Below are positions 21,234 through 30,674 of a stretch of DNA of 64,000 bases, piece by piece; position 1 is the stretch's first letter, and each line of letters starts with the position of its first letter. Origin of the DNA: a virus; IMG/VR virus record IMGVR_UViG_3300035696_000017, positions 1 through 64,000 of that record. One strand, 5' to 3'. The notes under the pieces were generated by a model. It did no database searches. It had not been told where the DNA came from and was given only the letters and a program-made list of their open reading frames with translations. The position numbers and the translations under genes were made by a program.

Positions 21234-22292
21234 ATGCCAGGAATGGGAAAGCCAGGAATTGGACAGACGTGGGTCCTTGGATCTTCGGGTTGGTCACCAT
21301 CAACGGTCGGTGGCGGATCAAACAGTGGCCCAGCAAACTCTCGACCGGCTGCGACGGGTTCGGGTACCCTCTACTTTTGCACTGATATTCCTGTCGTCTA
21401 CTACGACAACCCGAGTACTACATCATGGCAACAGTTTGCCGGTGAATACATGCCGAAAGGAGCGCTAGCCTCAAGCTACTCCATCGTGGGCATCATGAGC
21501 TTGTCGCAATATGCAGACACTGTCCGCGCTTCGATGGCAGGAAACAGTGGCAACTCATCCCAAGCTTTGATCTCTAGCGCGGGATTGTCGCCGTCTGCTT
21601 CATGGGCTGTGACCCTCGTAGGCACTTGGTACCCAGTCGTGCAGTCCGACTACCCTGCGTTCGGTGTCTGCGTCTCAACAAGCAACACATCGGGTACGGG
21701 CACCGTCTATACAATAACTGTCTCATCAAACGGTTCAACCCCGTACCTCCACCAAGAGGCCTACACACCGGGCCAGGGTCGCACAGTGAACAACAACGAG
21801 ACCAGCGGCGCCCCAACAGTCCAGATGGCGTTCGGTACGGGCCGTGTTCACCTCAGGCTATTGTGTGACACCGTCAACCTACACTTCCAAGTCTCGTCTG
21901 ATGGGTTCAACTGGACAGACTGGAACACGACTGCATGCCCGTCAGGGTTGAGCTACTATGGTTTCATGATGGGCAGCTCGGGCGGGGGTGCAGACTACGG
22001 TGTCGCCCTCATCCACTCCAACAACCTGATCACTCCTATCACTTACAACATCACTGCGGCAACGAATGCAAGTCCTAGCGTTGTAACCATCGGCGCCCAC
22101 TCGATCCAACCTGGAGACATCGTTGCCATCCAGGGCGTTGTTGGAGCTACTGGCCTCAATTCGGGCACGGGCAATGGCACCGGTGGCGGTGGCACTCTGG
22201 TCACTGCCGTGACGTCAACGACCATCACAACCAGCATCAACACTCCCGGTGCCTACAGCAGCGGGGGTATCGTCACGCTGCTCAGCCGCTGA
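21234..22292 (+). CDS. Tail-associated protein with C-terminal E1-FCCH-like beta-barrel
   Basis: ITAATNASPSVVTIGAHSIQPGDIVAIQGVVGATGLN is typical of FCCH-like domains in phage tail proteins. Confidence 0.6.
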   Translation: MPGMGKPGIGQTWVLGSSGWSPSTVGGGSNSGPANSRPAATGSGTLYFCTDIPVVYYDNPSTTSWQQFAGEYMPKGALASSYSIVGIMSLSQYADTVRASMAGNSGNSSQALISSAGLSPSASWAVTLVGTWYPVVQSDYPAFGVCVSTSNTSGTGTVYTITVSSNGSTPYLHQEAYTPGQGRTVNNNETSGAPTVQMAFGTGRVHLRLLCDTVNLHFQVSSDGFNWTDWNTTACPSGLSYYGFMMGSSGGGADYGVALIHSNNLITPITYNITAATNASPSVVTIGAHSIQPGDIVAIQGVVGATGLNSGTGNGTGGGGTLVTAVTSTTITTSINTPGAYSSGGIVTLLSR

Positions 22293-22463
22293 TCAACGGC
22301 CCGGGTCGACCGGGACGATCTCGAGGGCGGGCTGCGGGGCCCGACGGAAGATCTCCTCGAGCACACGCTTGCGTTGCTCTTCGAGCCGTGCTTCTTCCTT
22401 CGGGTCCTTCTCGGGTCCGATCACGATGACGTCCTCGTCACCCATCAAGTCGATTACGATCAT
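22293..22463 (-). CDS. Small hypothetical protein (56 aa; not in the ORF track)
   Basis: MIVIDLMGDEDVIVIGPEKDPKEEARLEEQRKRVLEEIFRR...; ATACTTA motif upstream. Confidence 0.5.
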   Translation of the reverse strand: MIVIDLMGDEDVIVIGPEKDPKEEARLEEQRKRVLEEIFRRAPQPALEIVPVDPGR

Positions 22464-22548
22464 CGCAACACCCGCCTTCCATTTCGTAAGTATGGGGACC
22501 TACTGGATCCACCGTAACCACGGTCCGGGAGGCTGTACAGGCCCTCAC

Positions 22549-22579
22549 GGTGGGCCCACAGACAATTCATGGGCCCACC
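22549..22579. terminator. 10-bp GC-rich hairpin downstream of the RNA ligase gene
   Basis: GGTGGGCCCA-N11-TGGGCCCACC; no clear U-tract. Confidence 0.35.
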
Positions 22580-22587
22580 AACAGGGG

Positions 22588-23832
22588 TTACAGGGTCAGT
22601 GCCGCGAGAATGGTGTCGAGGCTGCCTGCCGAGAGCTTGTTGTTCTTGCACGCAGCAGCGAACCACTCACGAGCATTGACGGCGCGGTTCTCCCACAGGT
22701 TGAAGAAGGGCGCGGTGAAGCCGCCCGCCAACAGGACCTGTTCAGCGAACCGCTTGCGCGAGCCCGCTGCCTCAGCCTTGTACTCTGCGAACTTCGCATC
22801 GATGCCGCGGCAGTAGTCGTTGAAGGCACGCTGCATGTTGCGAAGCCGGTCCTGGACGTCGACCGGGACCAACGGGATGATGTCGTCAGCCTTGTCGAGG
22901 ATGACTGCCTCCAACGCGTTTCGCACTGATGACGTCACGGTGTCCTTCGACTTGTGGGCAAGGACGTAGGTCTTGTTCTTGACCTTCAGGCGCTTGAAGT
23001 GCGGGCCGACCTGGACGCAGACGACGGCGCCCTCGAGTTGGGATGGGTCCGCAGCATCAACGAAGCACGCCAGTGCCGCCACGTCCCGGATCTCCCAGGT
23101 GCGTGGGCGGCGGACATGCTCGATCCGAAGGGACTCGATCGGCAGCTCCTTGCCCGTCTGGGTGTGGCGAGCTGCCAGCAGGTACGTCCGTGGCTCGGGG
23201 TACGTCACCACGATCTGGTTGTAGGGAGACACCAGCTCGAAGACGTAGGTCAGCTCCTTGTTGAGGTGGATGACCTTGTCCGGACCCGTGACCTCCCAGT
23301 CGACCGGCTTCCCAGACACCTCCTCACGGGTCGCGATGAGCGCCTTCAGGAACAGCTGGGCAAACGTGGTGTCACCGATCTCGAGGTTGCCCGCGTTGAT
23401 GGGCAGGTCAGCCTCGGGGACAGAACGGGTTCCGCAGTGCCACTTCTCGTGGAGCGGGTCCCAGTACAGGATGATGCAGGTGCCATCGACCTTCTCGTAG
23501 ACCTTCAGGGAAGGGTGTGACCAATCGATCTCCGCAGCCGACGCATCACCGTGGTTGTAGAAGCGACACATGGGCCACGCCAGCACCTCGATTTCACCGA
23601 CGCGGTGGTCCTTCCATGAGTCATCGTTTCCCTTGACCGAGAACGGTTTCACGGGACGAATGACAAGGCCACGGCACTGCTCGGCGACGGGGTCCCCTGA
23701 CTTGGCCAGGATCTGGTCGTAGTTCAGAGCGAACTTGTCCAGCGTCACGTTGGGACGTGCGCAGACACCATGCTCGTCCTCGAGCTCACGGAAGGTGTGG
23801 TCACGCAGGTAGTCCTTGACGAGCAGATCCAT
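22588..23832 (-). CDS. RNA ligase, T4 Rnl1-like
   Basis: Motif I YEKVDGT; TYVFELVSPYNQIV; EGAVV; RLKVKNKTY. Confidence 0.85.
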   Translation of the reverse strand: MDLLVKDYLRDHTFRELEDEHGVCARPNVTLDKFALNYDQILAKSGDPVAEQCRGLVIRPVKPFSVKGNDDSWKDHRVGEIEVLAWPMCRFYNHGDASAAEIDWSHPSLKVYEKVDGTCIILYWDPLHEKWHCGTRSVPEADLPINAGNLEIGDTTFAQLFLKALIATREEVSGKPVDWEVTGPDKVIHLNKELTYVFELVSPYNQIVVTYPEPRTYLLAARHTQTGKELPIESLRIEHVRRPRTWEIRDVAALACFVDAADPSQLEGAVVCVQVGPHFKRLKVKNKTYVLAHKSKDTVTSSVRNALEAVILDKADDIIPLVPVDVQDRLRNMQRAFNDYCRGIDAKFAEYKAEAAGSRKRFAEQVLLAGGFTAPFFNLWENRAVNAREWFAAACKNNKLSAGSLDTILAALTL

Positions 23833-23894
23833 GCCCCTACCCTACCACAAGCGCGGCGCTGGATACACTGTGTGTCTGTGGGGTACGATCAAAC

Positions 23895-24491
23895 GTGGGT
23901 TCGTCGACGAAGCTCCTGAGGGAGTACATCAGAGCCGTCAGGGAGTCGCAGGAGCAGCACAAGCTGTGGGTCTTCGACTTTGACGACACGCTGGTCAAGA
24001 CCGACTCGTGCACCCATGTCACCAACACCGAAACGGGCGAGAAGTTCGACCTGACCCCGGGCGAGCTTGCGGTCTACGAGAAGCGACCCGGTGACACCTT
24101 CGACTACACTGACTTCGAGAAGCTGGTCAACCCTCGCCCAGTCAAGTGGGTCAACCGCATCCTTCACAACGTCTATACGCACCATGGCCCCGAGAACATC
24201 GTCATCCTGACGGCCAGGGGTCACAGCGAGCCAGTCCAACACTGGTTGACGATGATCGGGCTGCCCGGCATTGAGATCGCCACCCTGGGCAACACCTCGG
24301 CGCAGATGAAGGCCGACTGGATCAGCAAACGCATCGAGCGCAGCGGCTACACCGCAGTCGAGTTTTTCGACGACTCACACAAGAACGTCGCGGCGGTTAG
24401 CGCTCTGCGTCAACGTCACCCCGAAGTGATGGTCATCACCCGGCACATCGTCCACAACCGCGTGGCGAGCCTCACTGCTCGTCGTCAGTGA
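23895..24491 (+). CDS. HAD-superfamily phosphatase
   Basis: FDFDDTL (DxD), ILTARG, FFDD motifs. Confidence 0.75.
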   Translation: MGSSTKLLREYIRAVRESQEQHKLWVFDFDDTLVKTDSCTHVTNTETGEKFDLTPGELAVYEKRPGDTFDYTDFEKLVNPRPVKWVNRILHNVYTHHGPENIVILTARGHSEPVQHWLTMIGLPGIEIATLGNTSAQMKADWISKRIERSGYTAVEFFDDSHKNVAAVSALRQRHPEVMVITRHIVHNRVASLTARRQ

Positions 24492-24945
24492 TGATTGGGA
24501 CTTCGTCATTGAACAGGGCGGCCAGGTCGAGCTTGGCTTCCCTGTCTGACAATGGGACCACGTCAATCTGCGGGTCACTGTAACGCTTCATCGGCAGCAT
24601 GCTGCCCATCACCCAACCCGAATGGGTACTGACCTCGGTGCCCGAGGCGTTCTGGGGCTCGTGAGCCTTGCCCAACCTGATGAGGTCCAGCCGCTTGTGC
24701 TTCAGCGACGTGGCGAGGGTTCCGGGCTTGACGCCGTCGTCGTAAGCGTAGTCGAAGCCGAGGAGTTCTGCCTCGATGAAGCCGCCCGGCTCAAGGACGA
24801 TCTCAACGATCCCCTCAACCTGGACCTGCTCACCCTTCTCGAGGGCACACGCCCAGACATAGAGGGCCTCTCCGCTTGGGAAGAGGAAGAACTTGCGGCC
24901 AGTGCAGCCGGGCTTGAGCGTGATCCTGACCTTCTTCACTGCCAC
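24472..24945 (-). CDS. Hypothetical protein
   Basis: 157-aa ORF in the minus-strand gene run. Confidence 0.5.
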   Translation of the reverse strand: MAVKKVRITLKPGCTGRKFFLFPSGEALYVWACALEKGEQVQVEGIVEIVLEPGGFIEAELLGFDYAYDDGVKPGTLATSLKHKRLDLIRLGKAHEPQNASGTEVSTHSGWVMGSMLPMKRYSDPQIDVVPLSDREAKLDLAALFNDEVPIITDDEQ

Positions 24946-25337
24946 TCCGGTGAACCACGCTCGGGCATGTCAGGCTCGAGGTTGTGGTCCGTGAAGGTAA
25001 CTAGGTCTTGCGCACGTCTGATCGCGATTGCGTTGGGGATGTCAACCCACATGTCTTCTGTGGAGACCATGCCCCGCAACAGGTTCAGGTCAAGGTCTGC
25101 ATCCTTCGCGATGTTCTTGCGTGCCTTGGTGATGAGGTGAGCCGCGCAGTGGTCACAACACTTCATCCCAAGCACCTGGTGGCGGACGGTGGCGGCTTCC
25201 TTGCAGCCCTGTCTGGCACACTTCTCAAGCGATGCCAGCAGCAATCGAGCGTGCTCGGTGAAGCCCTGGGCCAGGGCACTGGTCAGGTTGTCGTGACGTA
25301 GCACCAGCTTCGCTAGGACGTCAAAGGGGTCAGCCAT
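24936..25337 (-). CDS. Hypothetical Cys-rich (Zn-binding) protein
   Basis: CxxxxC..CCDHC; start moved to MADPF, just after a TTGCAA-17-TACTAT promoter. Confidence 0.55.
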   Translation of the reverse strand: MADPFDVLAKLVLRHDNLTSALAQGFTEHARLLLASLEKCARQGCKEAATVRHQVLGMKCCDHCAAHLITKARKNIAKDADLDLNLLRGMVSTEDMWVDIPNAIAIRRAQDLVTFTDHNLEPDMPERGSPEWQ

Positions 25338-25380
25338 CAGAGGCATAGTACCCCTCCTGCGAGCGGTTTGCAAGAAGCGG

Positions 25381-25459
25381 TCGGCCGTGCAGGAATCGAA
25401 CCCATGCACACGAGCTCATAAGACCCGCCCGGCCGACCAGGCCGGTTAGCTCACGGCCG
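25381..25459 (-). tRNA. Atypical tRNA-Ile(TAT)
   Basis: Acceptor CGGCCGT/ACGGCCG, loop CT-TAT-GA, TTCGATT T-loop; enlarged D hairpin and bulged T stem. Confidence 0.6.
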
Positions 25460-25476
25460 TCGCGGTGAAGCGACGG

Positions 25477-26184
25477 TCATATGAGCGCGTTCCTCAGTTC
25501 CTTGTTGTCCCCGCAGTAGGCGTCCAGCTTGTCGAGCCAGGCGCGTGACTTCTGCTTGAACATGATGGGCATCTTCGTCTTCTTGTCGTTCTTCGCCTTG
25601 CAGACGACACCTTCGAACGTCATGCCTGGCAGCGTCGAAGCGCGGACAGACTCGATGAACTCGGGTGTCACTGTTCCCTCGTACAGGACCCGTGCGTGGT
25701 CCAGGCCCTCAGCCAGCTTCAGGAAGCGGGCGGGTTCCAGGATGCCCTGGGCGAAGGGAGCGATGTCGAACAGGGTGACCGTCAGCTCTTCGTCCAGCTT
25801 GTGCATGCCGGCGAAGGAGCTGGGTCCCCACATCTCGAAGAAGCACATGGCGCGATCGATGCCGGCGTCCCGCAGGCGCTGTGCCAGCGACTCACCGTAC
25901 TTTCCCTGGACCAGTCCCGGGGCCCGCCCGAAGATTGGATCGGTCTCATCGACCAGCCTGTTGCGTGTGCCGAACTTGTGCCAGCCCTTCTTGCTGGTCC
26001 ACTCGGCCCTGATGTTGCTGCCGTCGAGCTTGTCAAAAGCGACGATGGGCAGGTGCGATTCGTTTGCGTATGCGATGCTTGGGTACGTCTTCACGATAGT
26101 CTCCGATAGATCTCTGCGTTCGTCCAGGTCCATGTCGATGGCCTGTCTCCTGTCGCGGCGTCGGTAGTACTCTCGATCAGACAT
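25477..26184 (-). CDS. RNA ligase-like nucleotidyltransferase
   Basis: FDKLDGSNIR, FFEMWG, LFDI, FEGVVCK, FKQK. Confidence 0.7.
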   Translation of the reverse strand: MSDREYYRRRDRRQAIDMDLDERRDLSETIVKTYPSIAYANESHLPIVAFDKLDGSNIRAEWTSKKGWHKFGTRNRLVDETDPIFGRAPGLVQGKYGESLAQRLRDAGIDRAMCFFEMWGPSSFAGMHKLDEELTVTLFDIAPFAQGILEPARFLKLAEGLDHARVLYEGTVTPEFIESVRASTLPGMTFEGVVCKAKNDKKTKMPIMFKQKSRAWLDKLDAYCGDNKELRNALI

Positions 26185-26544
26185 TCATGGCTCGTTTGCG
26201 ATCCTTGCTAGGATGTCACCATGGCAAGCCGCAGGCTTGCACCAGCACCCCAAGACTTTTCCCTTCAGCTCTCGTTTTGCTCTCTCGATCAGCTCCGGGT
26301 TCTGCCGGAGGTACTCCTCGTAGCACGCGATCGCCTCTTCACGTGACGCGGTCTTGACTTCCGCAGCGGATTTCGCAAGATGCGAGAACGGGTTACCGAA
26401 GGGCGAGGGTCGCCCGATGTAGACGTCGAACGGCTCCTTCTTGCAGTGTACGACGAGTTTTCTGGTGCCACCAGGGGGATTCGAACCCCCACCCCTTTCG
26501 GGACCCGGGTTTGAGCCGGGCGCGTCTGCCGAAGTTCCAGCCAT
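26185..26544 (-). CDS. DUF4326-like protein (start lies inside tRNA-Leu)
   Basis: VVHCKKEPFDVYIGRPSPFGNPF...LGCWCKPAACHGDIL. Confidence 0.7.
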   Translation of the reverse strand: MAGTSADAPGSNPGPERGGGSNPPGGTRKLVVHCKKEPFDVYIGRPSPFGNPFSHLAKSAAEVKTASREEAIACYEEYLRQNPELIERAKRELKGKVLGCWCKPAACHGDILARIANEP

Positions 26545-26550
26545 GGTGGC
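26463..26550 (-). tRNA. tRNA-Leu(CAA)
   Basis: Type II cloverleaf, CCCGG-CTCAAAC-CCGGG, encoded CCA. Confidence 0.92.
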
Positions 26551-26739
26551 GTGCTTTCTGCGTTCCTCAGACCCAACATCCGCCGCACAAATCGTAGTGC
26601 ACGGGAGTCTCTGTCAGCCTGCCGTTCTGGTCGATGGCATGGCGGTAGCTCGCGCCCTTCAGCTCGAGCTGGCGATTCATCGCGTCGACTTGTTCTTGTG
26701 TCACCTTCCGACGCGTGTGCTTGACCTTGCACTTCTTTC

Positions 26740-27066
26740 TCACTTGAGCCTCTCACTGGCTTTGACCGCCTGTTCGTAAGTACTGCCGATCAGGAGGTAC
26801 AGGTCCTCTGGAGCGAAGCCCGGAAGCGCGGTTCCAGTCGAGTGGAAGACCTCGGCCTTCTGGTGGCACGTCGGGCACAACGAGATGCCGTTCTCCTTGA
26901 CGTAGCCGCCATTGGGCATCAGGTTGCGGTCAGTGATGTGGTGAGCATCGAGCTCGACTTCACCGGGCCGGAACAGCGCCCAGCCGCAGACCCGGCACCT
27001 GTGCTTGTCACGAGTGAACGTTTCGTTACGAAAACGTTCGCGGATCAGCTTCTTCTCGGACGACAT
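26740..27066 (-). CDS. HNH endonuclease
   Basis: CRVCG..DAHHI..NGISLCPTCH. Confidence 0.8.
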   Translation of the reverse strand: MSSEKKLIRERFRNETFTRDKHRCRVCGWALFRPGEVELDAHHITDRNLMPNGGYVKENGISLCPTCHQKAEVFHSTGTALPGFAPEDLYLLIGSTYEQAVKASERLK

Positions 27067-27069
27067 CGT

Positions 27070-27279
27070 TCACCTGAACAAGCTGCAGAACTCTTCCCAA
27101 CGGTGACGCCAGATGGCTTGCCGTTGTGCGCGGGCCGCTTGTCGCTTGCGCTCTTGGGCTACGTGTTCCCGCTCACACTCTTCGCAGCGAGGGTCGTAGT
27201 CACGTCTGTCGTGCTTGTAGCACCACGGGACGCAGACACAAGCAAACGGCAACATGCCGCAGTTGGGACACTCATTCAT
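27070..27279 (-). CDS. Small Cys-rich protein
   Basis: CPNC, CEEC. Confidence 0.45.
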   Translation of the reverse strand: MNECPNCGMLPFACVCVPWCYKHDRRDYDPRCEECEREHVAQERKRQAARAQRQAIWRHRWEEFCSLFR

Positions 27280-27356
27280 GGCACGGACTACCCGACGAGG
27301 TCACGCCTCGCTTCAGGACAGCACCATACCACGACGTGTCGTGGATGTGCACTGCG

Positions 27357-27701
27357 TCACTTCGCGACGGTCTTCGCGCCGTGAGCAGCCAGGTACTGGT
27401 AGACCTGGGCGTTCGTCGGCTTGACCAGCACGACTGCTGCAGCGACCGGAGTACCCGCATCGTTCGTCAGCGTTGCCGACGCCTGAGCCGTCAAGGCCTC
27501 GATGGCCTGAGCGACCGCTTCCGCCGTGGTGCACAAGGGCGCCAGCGTCGGGTCGACTGCGGTGAAGACCACCTCACAGACAGCGTTTGCCGACGTGGTC
27601 ACGGTCTGTGCCGTCTGCTCCTGCTGCTTGGTGCAGGCGAAGCCAGAAACGGCGAGGGCGGCGCAAGCCGCGAGGGCGATGAAAGCATTGCGGATCTTCA
27701 T
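27357..27701 (-). CDS. Putative lipoprotein
   Basis: MKIRNAFIALAACAALAVSGFA-C lipobox-like signal. Confidence 0.55.
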   Translation of the reverse strand: MKIRNAFIALAACAALAVSGFACTKQQEQTAQTVTTSANAVCEVVFTAVDPTLAPLCTTAEAVAQAIEALTAQASATLTNDAGTPVAAAVVLVKPTNAQVYQYLAAHGAKTVAK

Positions 27702-27941
27702 GATGGCACTACTGTACACCACCCGATGGGTGTGTTTAGCCGACCTTGCCATCAAGGAGCTGCTTCGCCTTGAGGCGGATGTCCATCCACCGGTAACGAA
27801 GGCTTCCCGACAGCGCGTACCTCATCGGCATGCAGCCCGGTTGGTCACCCCGGCCCGCCGCGTCGTCGATGCTCAAGATCTCCTTCAGGGTTGCCTTCAG
27901 GAGCGCGTTCTCTTGCTCGACATTCATCATGATTTGCCTCG

Positions 27942-28013
27942 AGCGACCGGTGGGGATCGAACCCACGATCTGCGGCTTGGGAAGCCGCCACTTTACCACT
28001 CAGCTACGGTCGC
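27942..28013 (-). tRNA. tRNA-Gly(CCC)
   Basis: GCGGC-TTCCCAA-GCCGC, U73. Confidence 0.9.
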
Positions 28014-28016
28014 ATT

Positions 28017-28076
28017 CGCTTTCACCTACGCCGTGCCGGGCTCTTCCCAGCAACGGTTTGGGGGTGGTTACTTGCG
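28017..28076 (-). ncRNA. Loop-E-clamped small RNA, copy 1 (hairpin cargo)
   Basis: CGC-A-AGTA-ACC...GGT-GAA-A-GCG. Confidence 0.55.
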
Positions 28077-28077
28077 G

Positions 28078-28156
28078 AGCGGGTAGTGGGATTCGAACCC
28101 ACGATGCTTGCGCGCCTGCTTGGAAGGCAGGTGGTCTACCGCTGACCGATACCCGC
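28078..28156 (-). tRNA. tRNA-Gly(TCC) with a long variable region
   Basis: CCTGC-CTTCCAA-GCAGG; 12-nt variable region CGCGCAAGCATC. Confidence 0.85.
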
Positions 28157-28170
28157 ATGATCTGTATCTA

Positions 28171-29046
28171 CTACGCTGCGACGTCTCCGTTCAACTTGAC
28201 CGACAAGGCCAGGTACTTGCCGAGGATGTTGGTCTGGTCTTCGAGGACCGCGCGCTGGTGGGAGAAAGCGAAGTGGCTCACCACGGCATTGCCGACGATC
28301 CACAACGGCTTCAGTTGTTGTTCTGGGATCCGCGTCGTCAGTTCGACCTCGTCTCGGGGTCCGACCCGACCCCCGAACCTCTGGAAGTTCTCACCTGACC
28401 ACGCCATAACGCCGATGCGCTGGCGGCCGTGGAGAGTGTGTGAATCGAAGTACAACTGGTCGACTTCATCAAGCTCCACCATCTGCAGGAACTGCTTGTG
28501 GATGTGGGCGGCGAACTCGCCGTTGGTGCAGGCGATCGGGCACCGGGGATCGCCCGTTGAGTGACCCAGCTTGGTGTCCAGAGTGCCGCGGTCCTGTTGC
28601 AGCTTTGAAGTGTACGGGATGTTGAAGACGTTGCCGACGCAGGCGAAGTTGGTCGCCTCTCGTTCGATCACCGCCGAGAACATGTTCTTGAAGAAGTCAT
28701 CATGCACATAGCAGATGTCGTCGTCCACCTTGCAGTACAACGTCTTGGGCTCGATGCAGTCAGCGTAGAACCGGTAGATCGAGTCGTTGTACTGGTAGTG
28801 ATCGCGTTTGGCGTCGTACAGCGCCTTGTTCAGGGCGCCCTTCGGCATCACCCGGTTGACCTTCTGGAACGTCTCTTCGACTCGCTTGAAGTACTCGAGG
28901 TCGCTGGCCACGTCAGTGTTGACCCACAACCTGATCTCATCAATCACATCAGCATGGCGATCGGCCAGCAGGTAGGGCAGCAACACTCGGAGGTACCGGT
29001 AGCGCCCGGAGGGCACGCAGATGACGACTTTCCGTCCCTGGAACAT
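28171..29046 (-). CDS. Glycosyltransferase-like protein (GT-A fold)
   Basis: VICVPSGRYRYL; CKVDDDICYV DxD-type motif. Confidence 0.6.
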   Translation of the reverse strand: MFQGRKVVICVPSGRYRYLRVLLPYLLADRHADVIDEIRLWVNTDVASDLEYFKRVEETFQKVNRVMPKGALNKALYDAKRDHYQYNDSIYRFYADCIEPKTLYCKVDDDICYVHDDFFKNMFSAVIEREATNFACVGNVFNIPYTSKLQQDRGTLDTKLGHSTGDPRCPIACTNGEFAAHIHKQFLQMVELDEVDQLYFDSHTLHGRQRIGVMAWSGENFQRFGGRVGPRDEVELTTRIPEQQLKPLWIVGNAVVSHFAFSHQRAVLEDQTNILGKYLALSVKLNGDVAA

Positions 29047-29067
29047 GACCCGATAGTACTACGTCTC

Positions 29068-29142
29068 TGGAGCGGGCGATGGGGCTCGAACCCACGACAT
29101 CCACCTTGGCAAGGTGGCACTCTACCACTGAGCTACGCCCGC
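29068..29142 (-). tRNA. tRNA-Gly(GCC)
   Basis: Canonical cloverleaf with CCA. Confidence 0.95.
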
Positions 29143-29158
29143 GTATCTGTAACTATAC

Positions 29159-29536
29159 TCAACGCTTCAGAGTTCGTTTCATCCCGGTTTTGGAGGGTTC
29201 ATCTTCCATCGGGTGGACGCCCTTCAGTTCCTCGGGAGACACCGTTCCTTCGGGCTCCGGGTAGTAACCGGGCTCGTGGGGTTGCGGCTCCATGCTGTAC
29301 TCTTCACTGGGTTCGTCATCGTAGTCGCCGGGAGCATCGAAGAGCTGGTTGAGCTCAGCCTCGATCTCAGCATCGGTCATCGTCTCGAACTCCTTGAACT
29401 TCCACCGGGGCCGGATGCCGTACTTCTCCTTGTAGACGTCGGAGTAGGTGTCGAGCATCTCGTCACGCTTGGAATAGGCGTCGCCCTCCAGGGCCTCCAC
29501 GACCAGGGCACGCAGCTCTTTCAGCGCGATCCTCAT
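29159..29536 (-). CDS. Acidic hypothetical protein, possible internal head protein
   Basis: N-terminus MRIALKELRALVVEALE; YSDVYKEKYGIRPRW; ATACCTA upstream. Confidence 0.6.
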   Translation of the reverse strand: MRIALKELRALVVEALEGDAYSKRDEMLDTYSDVYKEKYGIRPRWKFKEFETMTDAEIEAELNQLFDAPGDYDDEPSEEYSMEPQPHEPGYYPEPEGTVSPEELKGVHPMEDEPSKTGMKRTLKR

Positions 29537-29546
29537 GGTCTAGGTA

Positions 29547-29638
29547 TGGAGGAAGCGGAGGGATTCGAACCCTCGGGAGCCCTTACGGGCCCCACCACCT
29601 TTCCAGGGTGGCCGTTTCAGCCGCTCACGCACGCTTCC
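29547..29638 (-). tRNA. tRNA-Ser(GGA)
   Basis: Type II, CT-GGA-AA, CCA. Confidence 0.92.
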
Positions 29639-29644
29639 GTTGTT

Positions 29645-29842
29645 TCAGAGCTGTCTGGCGATCTCGTACTGTTCTTCTTTCAGGAGGTCAACGACCGCAT
29701 CGCCGATGTGGCAGTTCTCCTGGCTCCGCTCCTCAGCTTCGCGGAGCAGCTCCTTGATCCTGGCTGCACGTTCCCGCAAACGCTGACGATCTGTTGGATC
29801 TTTGGCTCCGAAGATGTCATCCTTGAGGCACATGTAACACAT
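29645..29842 (-). CDS. Hypothetical protein; ATG overlaps the tRNA-Ser CCA
   Basis: 65 aa MCYMCLKDDIFG... Confidence 0.45.
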   Translation of the reverse strand: MCYMCLKDDIFGAKDPTDRQRLRERAARIKELLREAEERSQENCHIGDAVVDLLKEEQYEIARQL

Positions 29843-29933
29843 GGAGGAAGAGAGGGGATTCGAACCCCTGGAACCCCTTTCGGAGTCCTCCCGTTTTCGA
29901 GACGGGCGCCTTCAGCCTCTCGGCCACTCTTCC
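29842..29933 (-). tRNA. tRNA-Ser(CGA)
   Basis: Type II, CT-CGA-AA, CCA. Confidence 0.92.
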
Positions 29934-29939
29934 GTGTTG

Positions 29940-30031
29940 AGGAGGGTGGGGGATTCGAACCCCCGGAGCCCAGGGTCTCTGGGCCCTCCCGCTTTCAAGG
30001 CGGGCGCGATAAACCGCTCTGCCAACCCTCC
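29940..30031 (-). tRNA. tRNA-Ser(TGA)
   Basis: Type II, CT-TGA-AA. Confidence 0.92.
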
Positions 30032-30254
30032 GTGTTGCTCTACCTTCGCTTACCCTTCTTGTTTTTCTGTCCGCCTCCTGTGGGCTGCTCCCGGTAACTA
30101 TCCGGGTGTTCCTTGCCTGTGTGGTCATGGTAGCAGTGGATGCACACCACGGCTGGGCACTTGAGACACAACCACATCTCTGATGAGTCCATCGACGGGC
30201 CGCGTTTGGGCGCGGACACCTGAGTGACGGGCTCGTTGCAGTTAGGACAATTGA

Positions 30255-30674
30255 TCATCGTTTCTTGTGACCGTACGTAGGCGTCTGGGAGTGGCAGTTC
30301 GGACACATCAGGCGCAGGTTCTCGAGATGATGATTTGCTGGGTTCCCATCGACGTGGTCAAGTTGAAGAGTGATCGGGTGACCTCGCCATTCAACAATCC
30401 CGCATCCTTCGCATTTGTACTCCTTCACTCTTTCTTTGACAAGTCGTTTCGCAAGATGGAATGTTGGAAATCCTGGGTGCTTTCCTTCGAGAATTTCTTG
30501 GATCGGGATCTTCGAACCATGACGTAAGCCGATGCGTCGGTAGACACCGAAACTCCGTGCACGTCGTTCGAAAACACCTTGGCTAACACCACTGCGCATT
30601 GCTGCTTCGCGGATATTGCGACTTGTGTTGAGTAGGTGCTCGATCTGTTCTTTCGTAAGACCGTCGTTCACCAT
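30255..30674 (-). mobile_element. Free-standing HNH homing endonuclease
   Basis: CEGCG..LQLDHVDGNPANHHLENLRLMCPNCHSQT; visibly AT-richer than its flanks; adjacent to tRNA-Ser. Confidence 0.8.
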
